Shown here: positions 10,340 to 25,233 of the stretch, piece by piece | Position numbering within the stretch: position 1 is the stretch's first letter | Layout of the letters: each line of letters begins with the position of its first letter | From: Escherichia coli | GTDB lineage: Bacteria > Pseudomonadota > Gammaproteobacteria > Enterobacterales > Enterobacteriaceae | Direction: 5' to 3' (one strand) | Length of the DNA: 64,000 bases | Assembly (NCBI RefSeq): GCF_003334385.1 | Contig: NZ_QOWN01000008.1 | Position numbers and translations under genes: made by a program | Notes under the pieces: model-generated | Databases searched by the model: none | What the model was told of the DNA's origin: nothing | What the model saw: the letters and a program-made list of their open reading frames with translations, nothing else

Positions 10340-11698
10340 TTAGCCTCCGTTGCGTTCTTGCAGTAATTGTTCATGGCGACGTTTTTCGCCAATCATCACA
10401 ACAATCAACAAGATAACCGCCAGAATGCTGCCGCCAATCATTACCATAAAGCCGCCATCCCAGCCGAAGAAGTCCACGGTGTAGCCAACAATCGCGCTCG
10501 CCGCCACCGAACCGCCCAGGTAACCAAACAGCCCGGTAAAGCCCGCTGCCGTACCTGCCGCTTTTTTCGGTGCCAGTTCCAGCGCATGCAGACCGATCAG
10601 CATCACAGGACCGTAGATCAGGAAGCCGATAACAATCATACAAATCATATCGACGGTTGGGTTACCTGCCGGGTTCATCCAGTAAACGATAGTCGCGATG
10701 GTCACCAGTGTCATAAAGAAAACGCCGGTTGCCCCACGGTTGCCACGGAAGACTTTATCCGACATCCAGCCGCACAGCAGAGTGCCCGGAATACCTGCAT
10801 ATTCATAAAGGAAGTAGGCCCAGGAGGATTTATCTAGCGCGAAATGCTTAACCTCTTTCAGATAAGTCGGTGACCAGTCGAGGATGCCGTAACGCAGCAG
10901 ATAAACGAACACGTTGGCGATGGCGATATACCACAGCAGTTTGTTCGGCAGTACGTACTGCATGAAGATTTGCTTCGCCGTCAGCTCCTGTTCCGCTTTT
11001 TCGTTATAGTCGTCCGGATAATCATTTTTGTACTCTTCGATCGGCGGTAAGCCACAGGATTGCGGGGTATCGCGCATCATCGCAAAGGCGAATAATGCCA
11101 CCAGAATGGCGCAGAAAGCAGGCATATAGAGCGCCGCATGCCAGTCATTGAACCAGGCCATCCCCAGCAGGAACAGCAGCGGCGGAATACCACCACCGAC
11201 GTTGTGCGCACAGTTCCACACTGACACAATGCCGCCACGTTCTTTCTGAGACCACCAGTGCACCATAGTACGACCACACGGCGGCCACCCCATCCCCTGG
11301 AACCAACCGCAGAGGAACAACAGTACAAACATCACCGCAATGCTCGACGTCGCCCATGGCACAAAGCCCATAAACAACATCACTGCCGCCGCCAGAATCA
11401 AACCTGCGGGCAGGAAAACGCGCGGATTCGAGCGATCCGATACCGAACCCATGATGAATTTCGAAAATCCATAAGCAATCGAGATCCCCGAAAGGGCAAA
11501 ACCTAAATCACCGCGTGAGAATCCCTGCTCAACCAGATAAGGCATAGCAAGCGCAAAGTTCTTACGAACCAAATAGTAAGCCGCATAGCCAAAGAATATC
11601 CCCAGGAAAATTTGCCAGCGCAATCGACGATAAGTCGGATCGATCTCCGCGGCAGGTAAGCGCGCTTTGTGTGGCGCTGGTTTAAAAATACTCAACAT
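10340..11698 (-). CDS. glpT: Glycerol-3-phosphate:phosphate antiporter, MFS (452 aa)
   Basis: ORF 10340..11698; translation [31 protein letters not shown]... matches recalled GlpT. Confidence 0.96.
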
Positions 11699-11970
11699 TG
11701 ATAGCCTCCGTGGCCCGTGGTCTTATTTATGATTAACAGCCTGATTCAGTGAGAGAACCTGCCGTTTCTTGAGTTGCCGCGATGTTAAGAAAACATTCAT
11801 AAATTAAATGTGAATTGCCGCACACATTATTAAATAAGATTTACAAAATGTTCAAAATGACGCATGAAATCACGTTTCACTTTCGAATTATGAGCGAATA
11901 TGCGCGAAATCAAACAATTCATGTTTTTACTATGGCTAAATGGTAAAAAACGAACTTCAGAGGGATAACA
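11699..11970. promoter_or_regulatory. Divergent glpTQ / glpACB control region with a CRP-like site TGTGA-attgcc-GCACA at 11809-11824
   Basis: 272-bp AT-rich intergenic region between divergent glpT and glpA; CRP-like half-sites seen by eye; GlpR operators are expected from established knowledge but were not individually mapped. Confidence 0.6.
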
Positions 11971-16035
<4,065 letters not shown>

Positions 16036-16044
16036 ACTCCTTTC

Positions 16045-16080
16045 TGATGCCCGGTAAGCATGTGGTTACCGGGCATTTTT
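16045..16080 (+). terminator. Rho-independent terminator of the glpACB operon
   Basis: Stem atgcccggtaa / ttaccgggcat with an 8-nt loop, followed by TTTTT (16076-16080), 10 bp after the glpC stop. Confidence 0.7.
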
Positions 16081-16227
16081 GCGTACACGATTCCGTGCCC
16101 AATGTATGCGTTGCAACGCAGTGAAAATTCCTCTGAAAACGTCTCGCAAAGGCTGAAACTGGCAGATGTCAAAGGCCTGGGATAACCGTAATGTCGCGTC
16201 ATCATAAATATCAGGTGACGGACAACC

Positions 16228-17127
16228 ATGACCGAATCAACAACCTCCTCCCCGCATGATGCGGTATTTAAAACCTTTATGTTCACACCCGAAACCGCAC
16301 GGGATTTTCTCGAAATACATTTACCAGAACCACTGCGCAAGCTTTGCAACCTGCAAACCTTACGCCTGGAACCCACTAGTTTTATTGAAAAAAGTTTACG
16401 CGCTTACTACTCGGATGTTTTGTGGTCCGTGGAAACCAGCGACGGTGACGGCTATATCTACTGCGTGATTGAACATCAAAGCTCTGCAGAAAAGAATATG
16501 GCTTTTCGGCTAATGCGCTATGCCACTGCCGCCATGGAGCGTCACCTGGACAAAGGCTATGACAGAGTCCCGCTGGTGGTGCCGTTGCTGTTTTATCATG
16601 GCGAAACCTCGCCTTACCCGTACTCACTCAACTGGCTGGATGAGTTTGACGATCCGCAACTTGCCCGGCAGTTGTACACCGAAGCTTTTCCGTTGGTGGA
16701 TATCACCATCGTACCTGACGATGAGATCATGCAACATCGGCGTATAGCTCTGCTGGAACTGATTCAAAAGCATATTCGCGACCGCGATTTAATCGGCATG
16801 GTCGACAGGATCACCACGCTTTTGGTTAGAGGCTTCACTAATGACAGCCAGCTACAAACACTGTTTAATTATCTGCTGCAATGCGGCGATACCTCCCGTT
16901 TCACCCGTTTTATTGAGGAGATTGCCGAACGTTCACCACTACAAAAGGAGAGATTAATGACTATTGCTGAACGGCTACGGCAGGAAGGGCATCAAATTGG
17001 CTGGCAGGAAGGTATGCATGAACAAGCCATTAAAATTGCTTTGCGCATGCTGGAGCAGGGCTTTGAACGTGAGATTGTGCTGGCGACAACCCAACTCACT
17101 GATGCTGATATTCCGAACTGTCATTAA
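16228..17127 (+). CDS. yfaD: Rpn-family (YhgA-like, PD-(D/E)xK) recombination-promoting nuclease RpnB/YfaD (299 aa)
   Basis: ORF 16228..17127; translation [36 protein letters not shown]... matches recalled YfaD. Confidence 0.9.
   Translation: MTESTTSSPHDAVFKTFMFTPETARDFLEIHLPEPLRKLCNLQTLRLEPTSFIEKSLRAYYSDVLWSVETSDGDGYIYCVIEHQSSAEKNMAFRLMRYATAAMERHLDKGYDRVPLVVPLLFYHGETSPYPYSLNWLDEFDDPQLARQLYTEAFPLVDITIVPDDEIMQHRRIALLELIQKHIRDRDLIGMVDRITTLLVRGFTNDSQLQTLFNYLLQCGDTSRFTRFIEEIAERSPLQKERLMTIAERLRQEGHQIGWQEGMHEQAIKIALRMLEQGFEREIVLATTQLTDADIPNCH
16957..17127 (+). CDS. Putative intragenic small protein (56 aa) translated in-frame from an internal SD+ATG within yfaD/rpnB (RpnS-like C-terminal module)
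   Basis: Internal aaaaggagagattaATG at 16943-16959 gives a strong SD spaced 7 nt before an in-frame ATG; the same SD+ATG+coding block is duplicated downstream as ypaA. Reports of intragenic small proteins in Rpn genes are recalled from literature, not verified here. Confidence 0.5.
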   Translation: MTIAERLRQEGHQIGWQEGMHEQAIKIALRMLEQGFEREIVLATTQLTDADIPNCH

Positions 17128-17139
17128 AAGGAGAGATTA

Positions 17140-17325
17140 ATGACTATTGCTGAACGGCTGCGGCAGGAAGGACATCAAATTGGCTGGCAGGAAGGTAAAT
17201 TAGAAGGTTTGCATGAACAAGCCATTAAAATTGCTTTGCGCATGCTGGAACAGGGCTTTGATCGTGACCAGGTGCTCGCGGCCACCCAGCTAAGCGAAGC
17301 CGATCTGGCAGCGAATAACCACTAA
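17140..17325 (+). CDS. ypaA: YpaA (61 aa), stand-alone paralogue of the C-terminal domain of YfaD/RpnB
   Basis: ORF 17140..17325, [61 protein letters not shown]; retains the same SD (aaaaggagag) as the internal yfaD start. Confidence 0.7.
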   Translation: MTIAERLRQEGHQIGWQEGKLEGLHEQAIKIALRMLEQGFDRDQVLAATQLSEADLAANNH

Positions 17326-17333
17326 TTAACACA

Positions 17334-17361
17334 GGCCCACAGCCGATCCCCATGGGCCTTT
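17334..17361 (+). terminator. Hairpin (ggccca...tgggcc) followed by TTT, between convergent ypaA and rhmA
   Basis: Inverted repeat ggcccacagccgatccccatgggcc followed by tttgat, directly after the ypaA stop. Confidence 0.45.
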
Positions 17362-17365
17362 GATA

Positions 17366-18169
17366 TCAATAACTACCTTTTATGCGTGGCCCATTTTTGC
17401 CTGATTTAAACATCGCCAGTCGTTGATCCAGGGCATCGCTGTAGAGCATCGTGTCAACGCCAACAGCGACAAAGTTCGCTCCCCACGCCAGGCATTGCTG
17501 CGCCATATCAGGAGCCACAGCCAGAAAACCAGCCGCTTTACCCGCAGCACGGATCCGCCGAATACTGGTTTCAATAATTCGCTGCACTTCCGGGTGCCCG
17601 GCGTTATCCGGGTAGCCCAACGACGCAGAAAGATCCGCAGGTCCAATAAACACGCCATCAATCCCTTCGACGTCGAGGATTTCGTCCAGGTTATCCAGTG
17701 CCGTTTTACTTTCCACCTGCACCAACAGACAAAGCGAATCGTTAACTTGCGCCATGTAATTCTCAATGCGTCCCCAGCGCGCAGCCCGTGCCACACTGGC
17801 CCCGACACCACGCTCACCGTAGGGAGGATAGCGCGTGGCAGACACCACCTGACGTGCCTGTTCGGCAGTATCGACCATCGGGATCAGTAGAGTTTGCGCG
17901 CCAATATCCAGGACTTGTTTAATCAGCGGTTTACTGCCTTCCACCGGACGGATCACGGGTTGGCTGGCATAGGGCGCTACCGCCTGTAGCTGATGATAAA
18001 GATCCTGAATGGTGTTTGGCGCGTGCTCCCCGTCAATCAGCAACCAGTCATAACCAGAAGTGGCGGCAATTTCTGCCATATAGGCAGTCGTTGAGCTTAA
18101 CCACAGACCAATTTGCACTTCGCCCTTGCGTAAACGTTCTTTAAAGGGATTGCTTAATAATGCGTTCAT
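17366..18169 (-). CDS. rhmA: 2-keto-3-deoxy-L-rhamnonate aldolase (HpcH/HpaI family, 267 aa)
   Basis: Start ATG at 18169 ([24 protein letters not shown]...), matching recalled RhmA/YfaU; the ORF-track start at 18472 is an artefactual extension overlapping rhmT. Confidence 0.92.
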
Positions 18170-18186
18170 CGTGTTCCTTAACCTAT

Positions 18187-19476
18187 TTAATGATGTGCCA
18201 CGTCGGTCTGCGCAACAGTGCGATTTACACGCAGAGTGAAAATAATCAGCGAACCGATGACCGCCACCGCTGCCAGCGTCAGTAATCCCGCCGCATCGCT
18301 GGCAAATAACGTTTCTGCTTTCACGCGCAGGATCGGGGCAATAAACCCGCCCACTGCACCAAACAGGTTTACAAAACCAATTCCCGCAGCCAGCGCCGTA
18401 CCGGAAAGCAGTTGTGTCGGCATCGTCCAGAACACTGGCTGCACGGCAATAAACCCGATAGCTGCAACACACAGCGCTACGATCGCCATTACTGGAGAAA
18501 GCAGCCCGGACAGACCAATACCAATGCCCGCCGCCAGTAATGTCAGCGCTGCGACATTACGCCGTTCGCCGGTTTTATCGGAATAGCGCGGAATAAGCCA
18601 GGTCCCAAACAAGGCCGCAACCCACGGAATGGCGGTGACCACCGACGCTGTAAAGCCCACTTTTGTTCCCAGCAATGCCGCAACCTGGGTCGGCAGGAAG
18701 AAAATTAATCCGTAAACCGCCACCTGAATGGTCAGGTAGATAATCGCTAGTTGCCAGACTCGGCCATTACGCAGCGCATCGCTCAGCCGAGAAGTCACTT
18801 TCTGTTGTTCTTCACTTGCCAGTTGATTGATAAGCAACGTTTTTTCTTGTTTACTCAGAAAACGTGCCTGCTCCGGTGTGTCATCAAGCCAAAAGAATGT
18901 GAATACCCCAGCACCGACTGCCAACAATCCTTCAATCACAAACATCCAGAACCAGCCGGGATGCCCCATAAATCCATGCATCTCCAACAGCGCGCCGGAA
19001 AGCGGTGATCCCAGTGTTAACGCCAGCGGTGCGCCCATATAGAACAGCCCCATAATGCTGGCGCGATTACGCTGCGGAAACCATTGCGAGGTGAGATAAA
19101 TCATACCAGGGAAAAATCCGGCCTCCGCAGCACCAAGCAGAGTGCGAACTATCAGAAATTTCGCTTCAGTATCGGCCCATGCCATGGCTGCCGAAAGAAA
19201 TCCCCACAGCAGTGTTGTCGTACCAATCCAGGTTCTGGCCCCCAGTTTGCGCATCAAAAGATTCGCCGGAACACCCAGAAACGCATATACCACAAAGAAA
19301 ATGCCTGCTCCCAGCGCATAAGCTTCATTACTCAACCCGGTATCAATCTGGTAGGTCTGTTTGGCAAAACCGATATTCGAACGGTCGAGAAACGCCAGCA
19401 CATACAGCGCCAACATAAACGGAATTAAACGCACACGGTTTTTCTTCACCACGGCGTCAAGCAAAGCGGTGCTCAT
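18187..19476 (-). CDS. rhmT: MFS transporter, putative L-rhamnonate transporter (429 aa)
   Basis: Start ATG at 19476 ([26 protein letters not shown]...); the ORF-track start at 19515 is 13 codons longer. Multiple predicted transmembrane segments. Confidence 0.9.
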
Positions 19477-19532
19477 AAAAAGCTCCTTAGAATATGTGGG
19501 CGTTACCGTTGTCACAGCAACGCCCGGAGTGA

Positions 19533-20738
19533 TTAGTGGCTGTAGGGGCGTTTCAAATTGCAGTCACGATTGAGTTCGACGCCAAAACCGGGTTTATCAA
19601 GCACTGATTTATGAATACGACCATTCACCGGAACCGACTCATTGAGCAGAATCGGGTCAAACTGCGGACGCATCGTTGAACAATCCGGGCTGGTCATCAG
19701 GAATTCGCTGAATGGCGTATTGGTGAAGGTGATCACCGCATGGTGAGAGTAAACAGACGAACCGTGCGGCACCACCAGTTGCCCCCTGGATTTGGCGATT
19801 GCGGCAATTTCCACCAGCGTGGTTAAACCACCGCACCAGCCAACATCCGGCTGCATAATGTCGATACCGGTTTCTGAAAGCGTACGAAAAGATTGCAGTG
19901 TGCCGTGGTGCTCACCGCTGGTGACCATCATTCCGACTGGCGCGTTGCGTTTCAGTTCGCGATAACTTTCATACTGCTGTGGCGGCAGGCACTCTTCGAT
20001 CCATTTCAGGTTATAGGGCGCGCAAGCGTGGGCCAGTTTGGTCGCATAGTTCACGTCCTGACTCATCCAGCAGTCGAGCATTAACCAGAAATCCTCACCG
20101 CATTTTTCACGCATATCCGCGACCATAGCGGCATCTTTGCGGATCCCCGCATCGCCATCATGTGGCCCCCAGTGCGTCGGCATTTTGCCACCGATAAAGC
20201 CCATCTCTTTTGCCAGATCCGGACGCGCACCTGTGGCGTAGAACTGAATCTCATCACGAACAGCGCCGCCTAAAAGTTTATAAACCGGAAGCCCGACCAC
20301 TTTGCCGAACAGATCCCACAGAGCCAGATCGACACAAGAAATCGTATTCATCACCAGGCCACCAGAGCCGGAGTAATACAGGGTGGCACTGAGCATTTGA
20401 TCGTGGATCAGTTTGATATCACTGACACATTTACCCTCAATGAAACGGTTAAGATGTTTTTCGACAATAAAACAGCCCATTTCACCGGCTGTCGAAACGG
20501 CGAATCCGGTCTGGCCGTTTTCTGCTTCGACTTCAACAACCAACGTGCCAAGAACGTTAATGCCAAATGACTGGCGTGACTGCTCGTAATCGCGGTATTT
20601 ACTCATCGGGGTGGCAATATGATCGTCTATCCAGTGATTCGCCCCCTGGTCGTGATAATCACCGCCGCCAGCGCCTTTTTCTGCTGTCGCACCGCCAGTA
20701 AACCAGGCGCGAACCTGTTTAATTTTTGGTAGGGTCAT
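19533..20738 (-). CDS. rhmD: L-rhamnonate dehydratase (enolase superfamily, 401 aa)
   Basis: Start ATG at 20738 ([22 protein letters not shown]...); an alternative in-frame ATG at 20750 adds 4 codons (MENIMTLPK). Confidence 0.92.
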   Translation of the reverse strand: MTLPKIKQVRAWFTGGATAEKGAGGGDYHDQGANHWIDDHIATPMSKYRDYEQSRQSFGINVLGTLVVEVEAENGQTGFAVSTAGEMGCFIVEKHLNRFIEGKCVSDIKLIHDQMLSATLYYSGSGGLVMNTISCVDLALWDLFGKVVGLPVYKLLGGAVRDEIQFYATGARPDLAKEMGFIGGKMPTHWGPHDGDAGIRKDAAMVADMREKCGEDFWLMLDCWMSQDVNYATKLAHACAPYNLKWIEECLPPQQYESYRELKRNAPVGMMVTSGEHHGTLQSFRTLSETGIDIMQPDVGWCGGLTTLVEIAAIAKSRGQLVVPHGSSVYSHHAVITFTNTPFSEFLMTSPDCSTMRPQFDPILLNESVPVNGRIHKSVLDKPGFGVELNRDCNLKRPYSH

Positions 20739-20752
20739 GATGTTCTCCATTG

Positions 20753-21535
20753 TTATGAGGCTTGTAAGTCAAAGGGACTTTTCCATCCCAACAGACGTGA
20801 AATATCCCTGGCGCAGGCAATGGCCTTGCCCGCCAGATAATCACGGTATTCTTCATTGATTTGTAAGCGGGTACCGACCACCGAGATCGCAGCGGTAAGC
20901 TCGTTATTGGCGTTAAACACCGGCGCAGCGACACAACGGACATCGGCGTAATCTTCGCCGTTGTCATAGCTCCAGCCCTGACGGCGAATACGCGCCAGTT
21001 CTTCGTGAAGTTGCTGTGGATGAGTAATCGTTGTGGGTGTCGCCTGCTCCCAGACCAGCCCTTCGATAATACTTTGCTGTACCGCTGCAGGTTGCCAGGC
21101 AAGCAGGCATTTACCTATTCCGGAGCGATAAAGCGAAAGGCTTTTTCCTTCATGGGAACGCACGCTGATAGTGGCTGATGACTCCACTTTCAAAATGTAA
21201 TAAGCGCTGCCGTTATCAATAATCCCCAGGTGACATAACAGCCCGGTGGTATCCATCAGTTGCGTCAAACGCGGTCGAGCCAGTTCCCGGAGATCCATCT
21301 TGCTTAACGCATGACCGGAAAGCTCCACCAGCCTGGTCCACAAACAAAAATTTTCCTGGTGATCAAGGCTAAGAAAACGCTGACGCCTGAGTTCATTAAG
21401 CAGCAAATAGGCCGTGCTTTTAGGGATTCCCAATGTGTCAATGATCGTCGCAGCACTACAGGGGCCAATGCGGGCAATCAAATTGAGAATATCAATAGCC
21501 CGTGTCAGGGCGGGAACTTTGCTTGATTCCAACAT
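20753..21535 (-). CDS. rhmR: IclR-family transcriptional regulator of the rhm cluster (260 aa)
   Basis: ORF 20753..21535; N-terminal HTH ([16 protein letters not shown]) and IclR-type effector domain. Confidence 0.92.
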   Translation of the reverse strand: MLESSKVPALTRAIDILNLIARIGPCSAATIIDTLGIPKSTAYLLLNELRRQRFLSLDHQENFCLWTRLVELSGHALSKMDLRELARPRLTQLMDTTGLLCHLGIIDNGSAYYILKVESSATISVRSHEGKSLSLYRSGIGKCLLAWQPAAVQQSIIEGLVWEQATPTTITHPQQLHEELARIRRQGWSYDNGEDYADVRCVAAPVFNANNELTAAISVVGTRLQINEEYRDYLAGKAIACARDISRLLGWKSPFDLQAS

Positions 21536-21754
21536 ACTGGACTCCAGTCTTAGATACTGGAATCAGTCTCGTTGCTCAGGGGGAGTAAAATTGTGAAGCG
21601 CATCAAATCCCGCTCCTCGTCCAGCAGACTGGAGAAATTACGCACAAATTTGTGAATCAGCGCACGGATTTTTTCTTATTGAGTACAACAGGTTGGACAA
21701 ATTTTGCCGGAGGGGGAATGTGCCGGTGCAGTAAACCGGCACAGAGTGGCGGAA

Positions 21755-22957
21755 TCAGACAGATAAGGTCATGGACTCAACAACCTCAATCCAGCCATGC
21801 TCACTGGCGATATCCTGGCCGTTTAACCAACGGCGCAGCATATTCAGTGCCATCATTGCGCACACTTCCTGACGGATAGCCAGGCTGTAGCGCGTAGTGC
21901 TGAAACGCACACGCAGAGCGAAAGTGCCGTCTGGCGTGGCTAGCGCAAAGTTGAGATGCTCGTTCTCGAAACCCGAAACAGCCAGTGCCAGCCCGGCAAA
22001 ATGGTTGGCCCGCCGTTCTGTAATCCAGTGCGCAGTTTGCGCCAGGGTTTCCTCCTGTGAAGGAACCACTTCACACGCCAGCAATGGAGCACCTGCGCGA
22101 GAAAGTTGCAAAGCCAATAAACCACCGGTGAATTGCTCGCTCAACGTCAGGCTGAACTGGCGGTTTTGCAATTCGCGACTGATCTGCGCGGGCAGTCCTT
22201 CAGTGCCTTCGAAAATCACGCTCTGTCCGGCAACACGTTTAACATCCAGCCACAGTTTTTCCATCGCCTGTTGCTCGCTTGCCGGTCCGGTGAGTTTCAG
22301 TTCGATGATAGGCATTGAGGAGCGATAGCCCATTGTTACGCCCGGCGGCAGTTGTAGAGTGTCCAGGCTTTGTGCCAGATCGCTTTCCGAACGACCAAAA
22401 GTAGTCAAACGCAGACAAACCGGCGGCTGCGGTAAAGAAAAACGCTCGCGCAGGCGCGGCAGGATTTCGTGCTCGACCATCACCTTAAATTCTGACGGTA
22501 CGCCGGGAGTAAAGAACATCAGGCAACGATTAAGCTGCACGGCAAAACCACAGGCGGTGCCTACCGGGTTATTGATAAATTCAGCACTGGCAGGCAGCTC
22601 CGCTTGTTTACGGTTGCTCGGTGCCATTACTCGTCCACGTTCGTGGAAATAGCGTTCCATCTCTTTGAGCCAGGCTTCATGCAGCACCAGGCCTTCACCT
22701 TTTGCTGTCGCAGCGGCGAGTGCGCTTAAATCATCGCTGGTCGGTCCCAGCCCGCCGTTAACGATCAGCACATCGGCGTGCTGACTACGTTCGCGAAGAA
22801 TGGTGACTAAGTCATCAAGGTTATCCCCCACCGTATTGCGGCGAGATAATGGCAACCCCTGATGAAAGAAAAAATCGGCCAGCCAGGCAGCGTTAGTGTC
22901 AACGATTTGCCCGTGTAACACTTCATCCCCGGTGGATAACATTTCCACTTTTAACAT
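21755..22957 (-). CDS. yfaY: CinA-like protein YfaY (MoCF-biosynthesis-like N-terminal domain plus CinA C-terminal domain; 400 aa)
   Basis: ORF 21755..22957; translation MLKVEMLSTGDEVLHGQIVDTNAAWLADFF... matches recalled YfaY. Confidence 0.9.
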   Translation of the reverse strand: MLKVEMLSTGDEVLHGQIVDTNAAWLADFFFHQGLPLSRRNTVGDNLDDLVTILRERSQHADVLIVNGGLGPTSDDLSALAAATAKGEGLVLHEAWLKEMERYFHERGRVMAPSNRKQAELPASAEFINNPVGTACGFAVQLNRCLMFFTPGVPSEFKVMVEHEILPRLRERFSLPQPPVCLRLTTFGRSESDLAQSLDTLQLPPGVTMGYRSSMPIIELKLTGPASEQQAMEKLWLDVKRVAGQSVIFEGTEGLPAQISRELQNRQFSLTLSEQFTGGLLALQLSRAGAPLLACEVVPSQEETLAQTAHWITERRANHFAGLALAVSGFENEHLNFALATPDGTFALRVRFSTTRYSLAIRQEVCAMMALNMLRRWLNGQDIASEHGWIEVVESMTLSV

Positions 22958-23056
22958 GGTTATCTCCTGCTTTTGTTATCGAATCACTATAACGCAAAGG
23001 GAGATAAGGCGTAGTAAGAAACTGAATGGCGCGACAGAATGCCGCGCCGGAAGGGA

Positions 23057-23599
23057 TCAGAAACTGGCGTTAACCCCAACATACGGGCCGTCAGCCACGG
23101 CGTTGTCGCGGTTACCGTCTTTACCCGACAGATTCAGGTAGCGATAACCCGCCTCAATACTGACTGGACGCATAATGGTGTAACGCGCGCCAGCATTCGC
23201 TTCTTCATAACTTTGAATACCGCTGGAGAGCGAATCCGGAGAGTAGTAATACTCGCCAAACAAACGGAAGCTGTTGCCAATTTTCCACTGCAAACCACCT
23301 CCTACCGCTGCGGCATAACCTTCATCGCCGTAATTCGGGTTGGTGTAAACGCCTTTTCCGCCAACGGTCGCCATTAACGGCCCGAGAGGCAGATTCAACC
23401 CCAGCCCCACGCCAGCGACATCACCGTCGTCGTCGTTATGTGTCCAGTTACCGCTTAACGCCAGGCCCGTCGTTTCAGTCCCAAAACCGACACCAATATT
23501 GGTGTATTCTTTACCCGCCTGACCGCTGATGCTCATTGCATTGACCGATGCAGAAACCAACAGCATTCCGGCCAGACCTGCTAGCGCAATTTTTTTCAT
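23057..23599 (-). CDS. yfaZ: Outer-membrane beta-barrel protein YfaZ (180 aa)
   Basis: Start ATG at 23599 (MKKIALAGLAGMLLVSASVNA, signal peptide); the ORF-track start at 23620 is 7 codons longer; C-terminal ...GVNASF is typical of OM beta-barrels. Confidence 0.88.
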   Translation of the reverse strand: MKKIALAGLAGMLLVSASVNAMSISGQAGKEYTNIGVGFGTETTGLALSGNWTHNDDDGDVAGVGLGLNLPLGPLMATVGGKGVYTNPNYGDEGYAAAVGGGLQWKIGNSFRLFGEYYYSPDSLSSGIQSYEEANAGARYTIMRPVSIEAGYRYLNLSGKDGNRDNAVADGPYVGVNASF

Positions 23600-23877
23600 T
23601 ATCCCCTTTCCCACAAGCAATTAATCAAAATTCCCAAAGCTGCGGGATTGTACTGCCTGGCACAGAGGATTCAATGAGCGAAAAAAAGGATCTAGTCACT
23701 TATTGTAACTAAATACTTCTTAAATAATTAAATGCCGAAAAAATAAACACACTTTATCGATACACACAAAAATAATAATAAGTACAGTTATCATCGCAAA
23801 AGAGATTACTGTCACTTTCACATATTTGTGAGTTACCGTATTCTCATGGTTTCTTTTTATTTATAAGGAATATCCCT

Positions 23878-24303
23878 GTGCGACAACGGACTATTGTATG
23901 CCCTTTGATTCAAAATGATGGTGCTTATTTGCTGTGTAAAATGGCCGACGATCGCGGCGTTTTCCCCGGTCAATGGGCGATTTCGGGTGGCGGCGTGGAG
24001 CCTGGCGAACGAATTGAAGAGGCACTACGCCGCGAAATTCGCGAAGAACTGGGAGAACAGCTGCTTTTGACAGAAATCACGCCGTGGACCTTCAGCGATG
24101 ATATTCGCACCAAGACGTATGCAGATGGTCGCAAGGAAGAGATTTATATGATTTACCTGATTTTTGACTGCGTTTCTGCCAACCGAGAAGTGAAAATAAA
24201 CGAAGAGTTTCAGGACTACGCGTGGGTAAAACCTGAAGATCTGGTGCATTATGATTTGAATGTCGCCACCCGAAAAACGTTACGTTTGAAAGGTCTTCTG
24301 TAA
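23878..24303 (+). CDS. nudI: Nudix hydrolase NudI (nucleoside triphosphatase, 141 aa); GTG start
   Basis: ORF 23878..24303 starting with GTG; Nudix box [24 protein letters not shown]. Confidence 0.9.
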
Positions 24304-24341
24304 CAATGATGACAGCCATTACTGGCTGTCAGATTGAAAAT

Positions 24342-24944
24342 TTAGTGGTTAACGAATTCCCCATCCAGATAAACTTTGCCTTTTTCCACATGCATGACTA
24401 AACCATCCAGATAATCAGGTTTAAATGTCGCGTCACGCTTATCTTTAGCAATATATGTCAGGCAATGATTATGGGTGAAAATAACGATATTTTTATCAGG
24501 CGCTTTGCTTTGTAAGTCCTTAATTGCACTATAAATCTCATTACCGCACTGAAGAAGTCGTTTATCTACCGTCAATTTTTTACCCGCTGAAAACCAGGTA
24601 GCCGACTGAATGGTCCGGACGGTATTACTGGAATAAAGATCGAAATCAGGGATATCAGCACTAAAAGCGTTGCCCAGTTCACGGGCATCCTGGGTACCTT
24701 TAACCGTAATACCTGTTTTATCTGACAAGCATTGATTGGTTGAACGGTCGCAACGTTCAGCATGACGAAACAAAACGACAACCGGGTGCTGCTGTGCCAG
24801 TCTGGCCAGTGTTTTATTGTCGATACGTGGCAAACCATTGCTACTCCAGGCGGCATGAGTACCCAGTCCGGCAATTGCAGCGAGCGCCAGTAAAATGATG
24901 ATATATTTTTTTGACTTCAACGAAGAGCGGCAAAAAGCTAACAC
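24342..24944 (-). CDS. ais: Aluminium-inducible, PmrA-regulated lipopolysaccharide core heptose(II)-phosphate phosphatase Ais/PmrG (200 aa); GTG start
   Basis: Annotated-length product ([26 protein letters not shown]...) requires a GTG start at 24944; the ORF track extends in frame to 24971. Histidine-phosphatase motif RHAER present. Confidence 0.85.
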   Translation of the reverse strand: MLAFCRSSLKSKKYIIILLALAAIAGLGTHAAWSSNGLPRIDNKTLARLAQQHPVVVLFRHAERCDRSTNQCLSDKTGITVKGTQDARELGNAFSADIPDFDLYSSNTVRTIQSATWFSAGKKLTVDKRLLQCGNEIYSAIKDLQSKAPDKNIVIFTHNHCLTYIAKDKRDATFKPDYLDGLVMHVEKGKVYLDGEFVNH

Positions 24945-25136
24945 GTAAACTCCACCTATAGACAAGCGCAACCAGACAATTACCGTGAAATTGAGCTACA
25001 TTTCTGGCGATAATTCGCAGTTGGTGTAATATTAAAAATCCTACGATGTCGGCAAAATGCCTCAAAATTTTGCCAAATGCAAAGCCTAAATAAGAAAAAA
25101 TATAAAAATTTCAATATTTACGTCTAATATTAGTTT

Positions 25137-25153
25137 CTTAAGGTTAAGTTAAT
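25137..25153 (+). promoter_or_regulatory. PmrA (BasR) box-like direct repeat CTTAAG-gttaa-GTTAAT upstream of arnB
   Basis: Hexamer repeat with 5-bp spacer resembling the PmrA box (YTTAAK-N5-YTTAAK), about 80 bp upstream of arnB; arn is the canonical PmrA-activated operon. Confidence 0.55.
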
Positions 25154-25233
25154 ATTCTATCCTTAAAATTTCGCTCCAAATGGCAAAATATACACAACAC
25201 TCTTTATAGCAAATATAAGTGGACAGGTATTCA

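Larger units (their letters stand above)
16943..17325 (+). repeat. Tandem direct duplication of the yfaD 3' end (copy 1 about 16943-17125; copy 2 about 17126-17325, with a 12-nt insertion)
   Basis: Both copies begin aaaaggagagattaatgactattgctgaacggct and continue ...gcaggaagg(g/a)catcaaattggctggcaggaaggt...catgaacaagccattaaaattgctttgcgcatgctgga...; copy 2 carries an extra aaattagaaggt and diverges near its 3' end. Confidence 0.85.

Noticed and set aside
10336-10392. 19-codon N-terminal extension of glpQ, and similar upstream extensions of glpB (13361) and glpC (14770)
   Set aside because: The extensions overlap the upstream genes and precede the recognisable N-termini or signal peptides; internal ATGs matching the annotated proteins were chosen.
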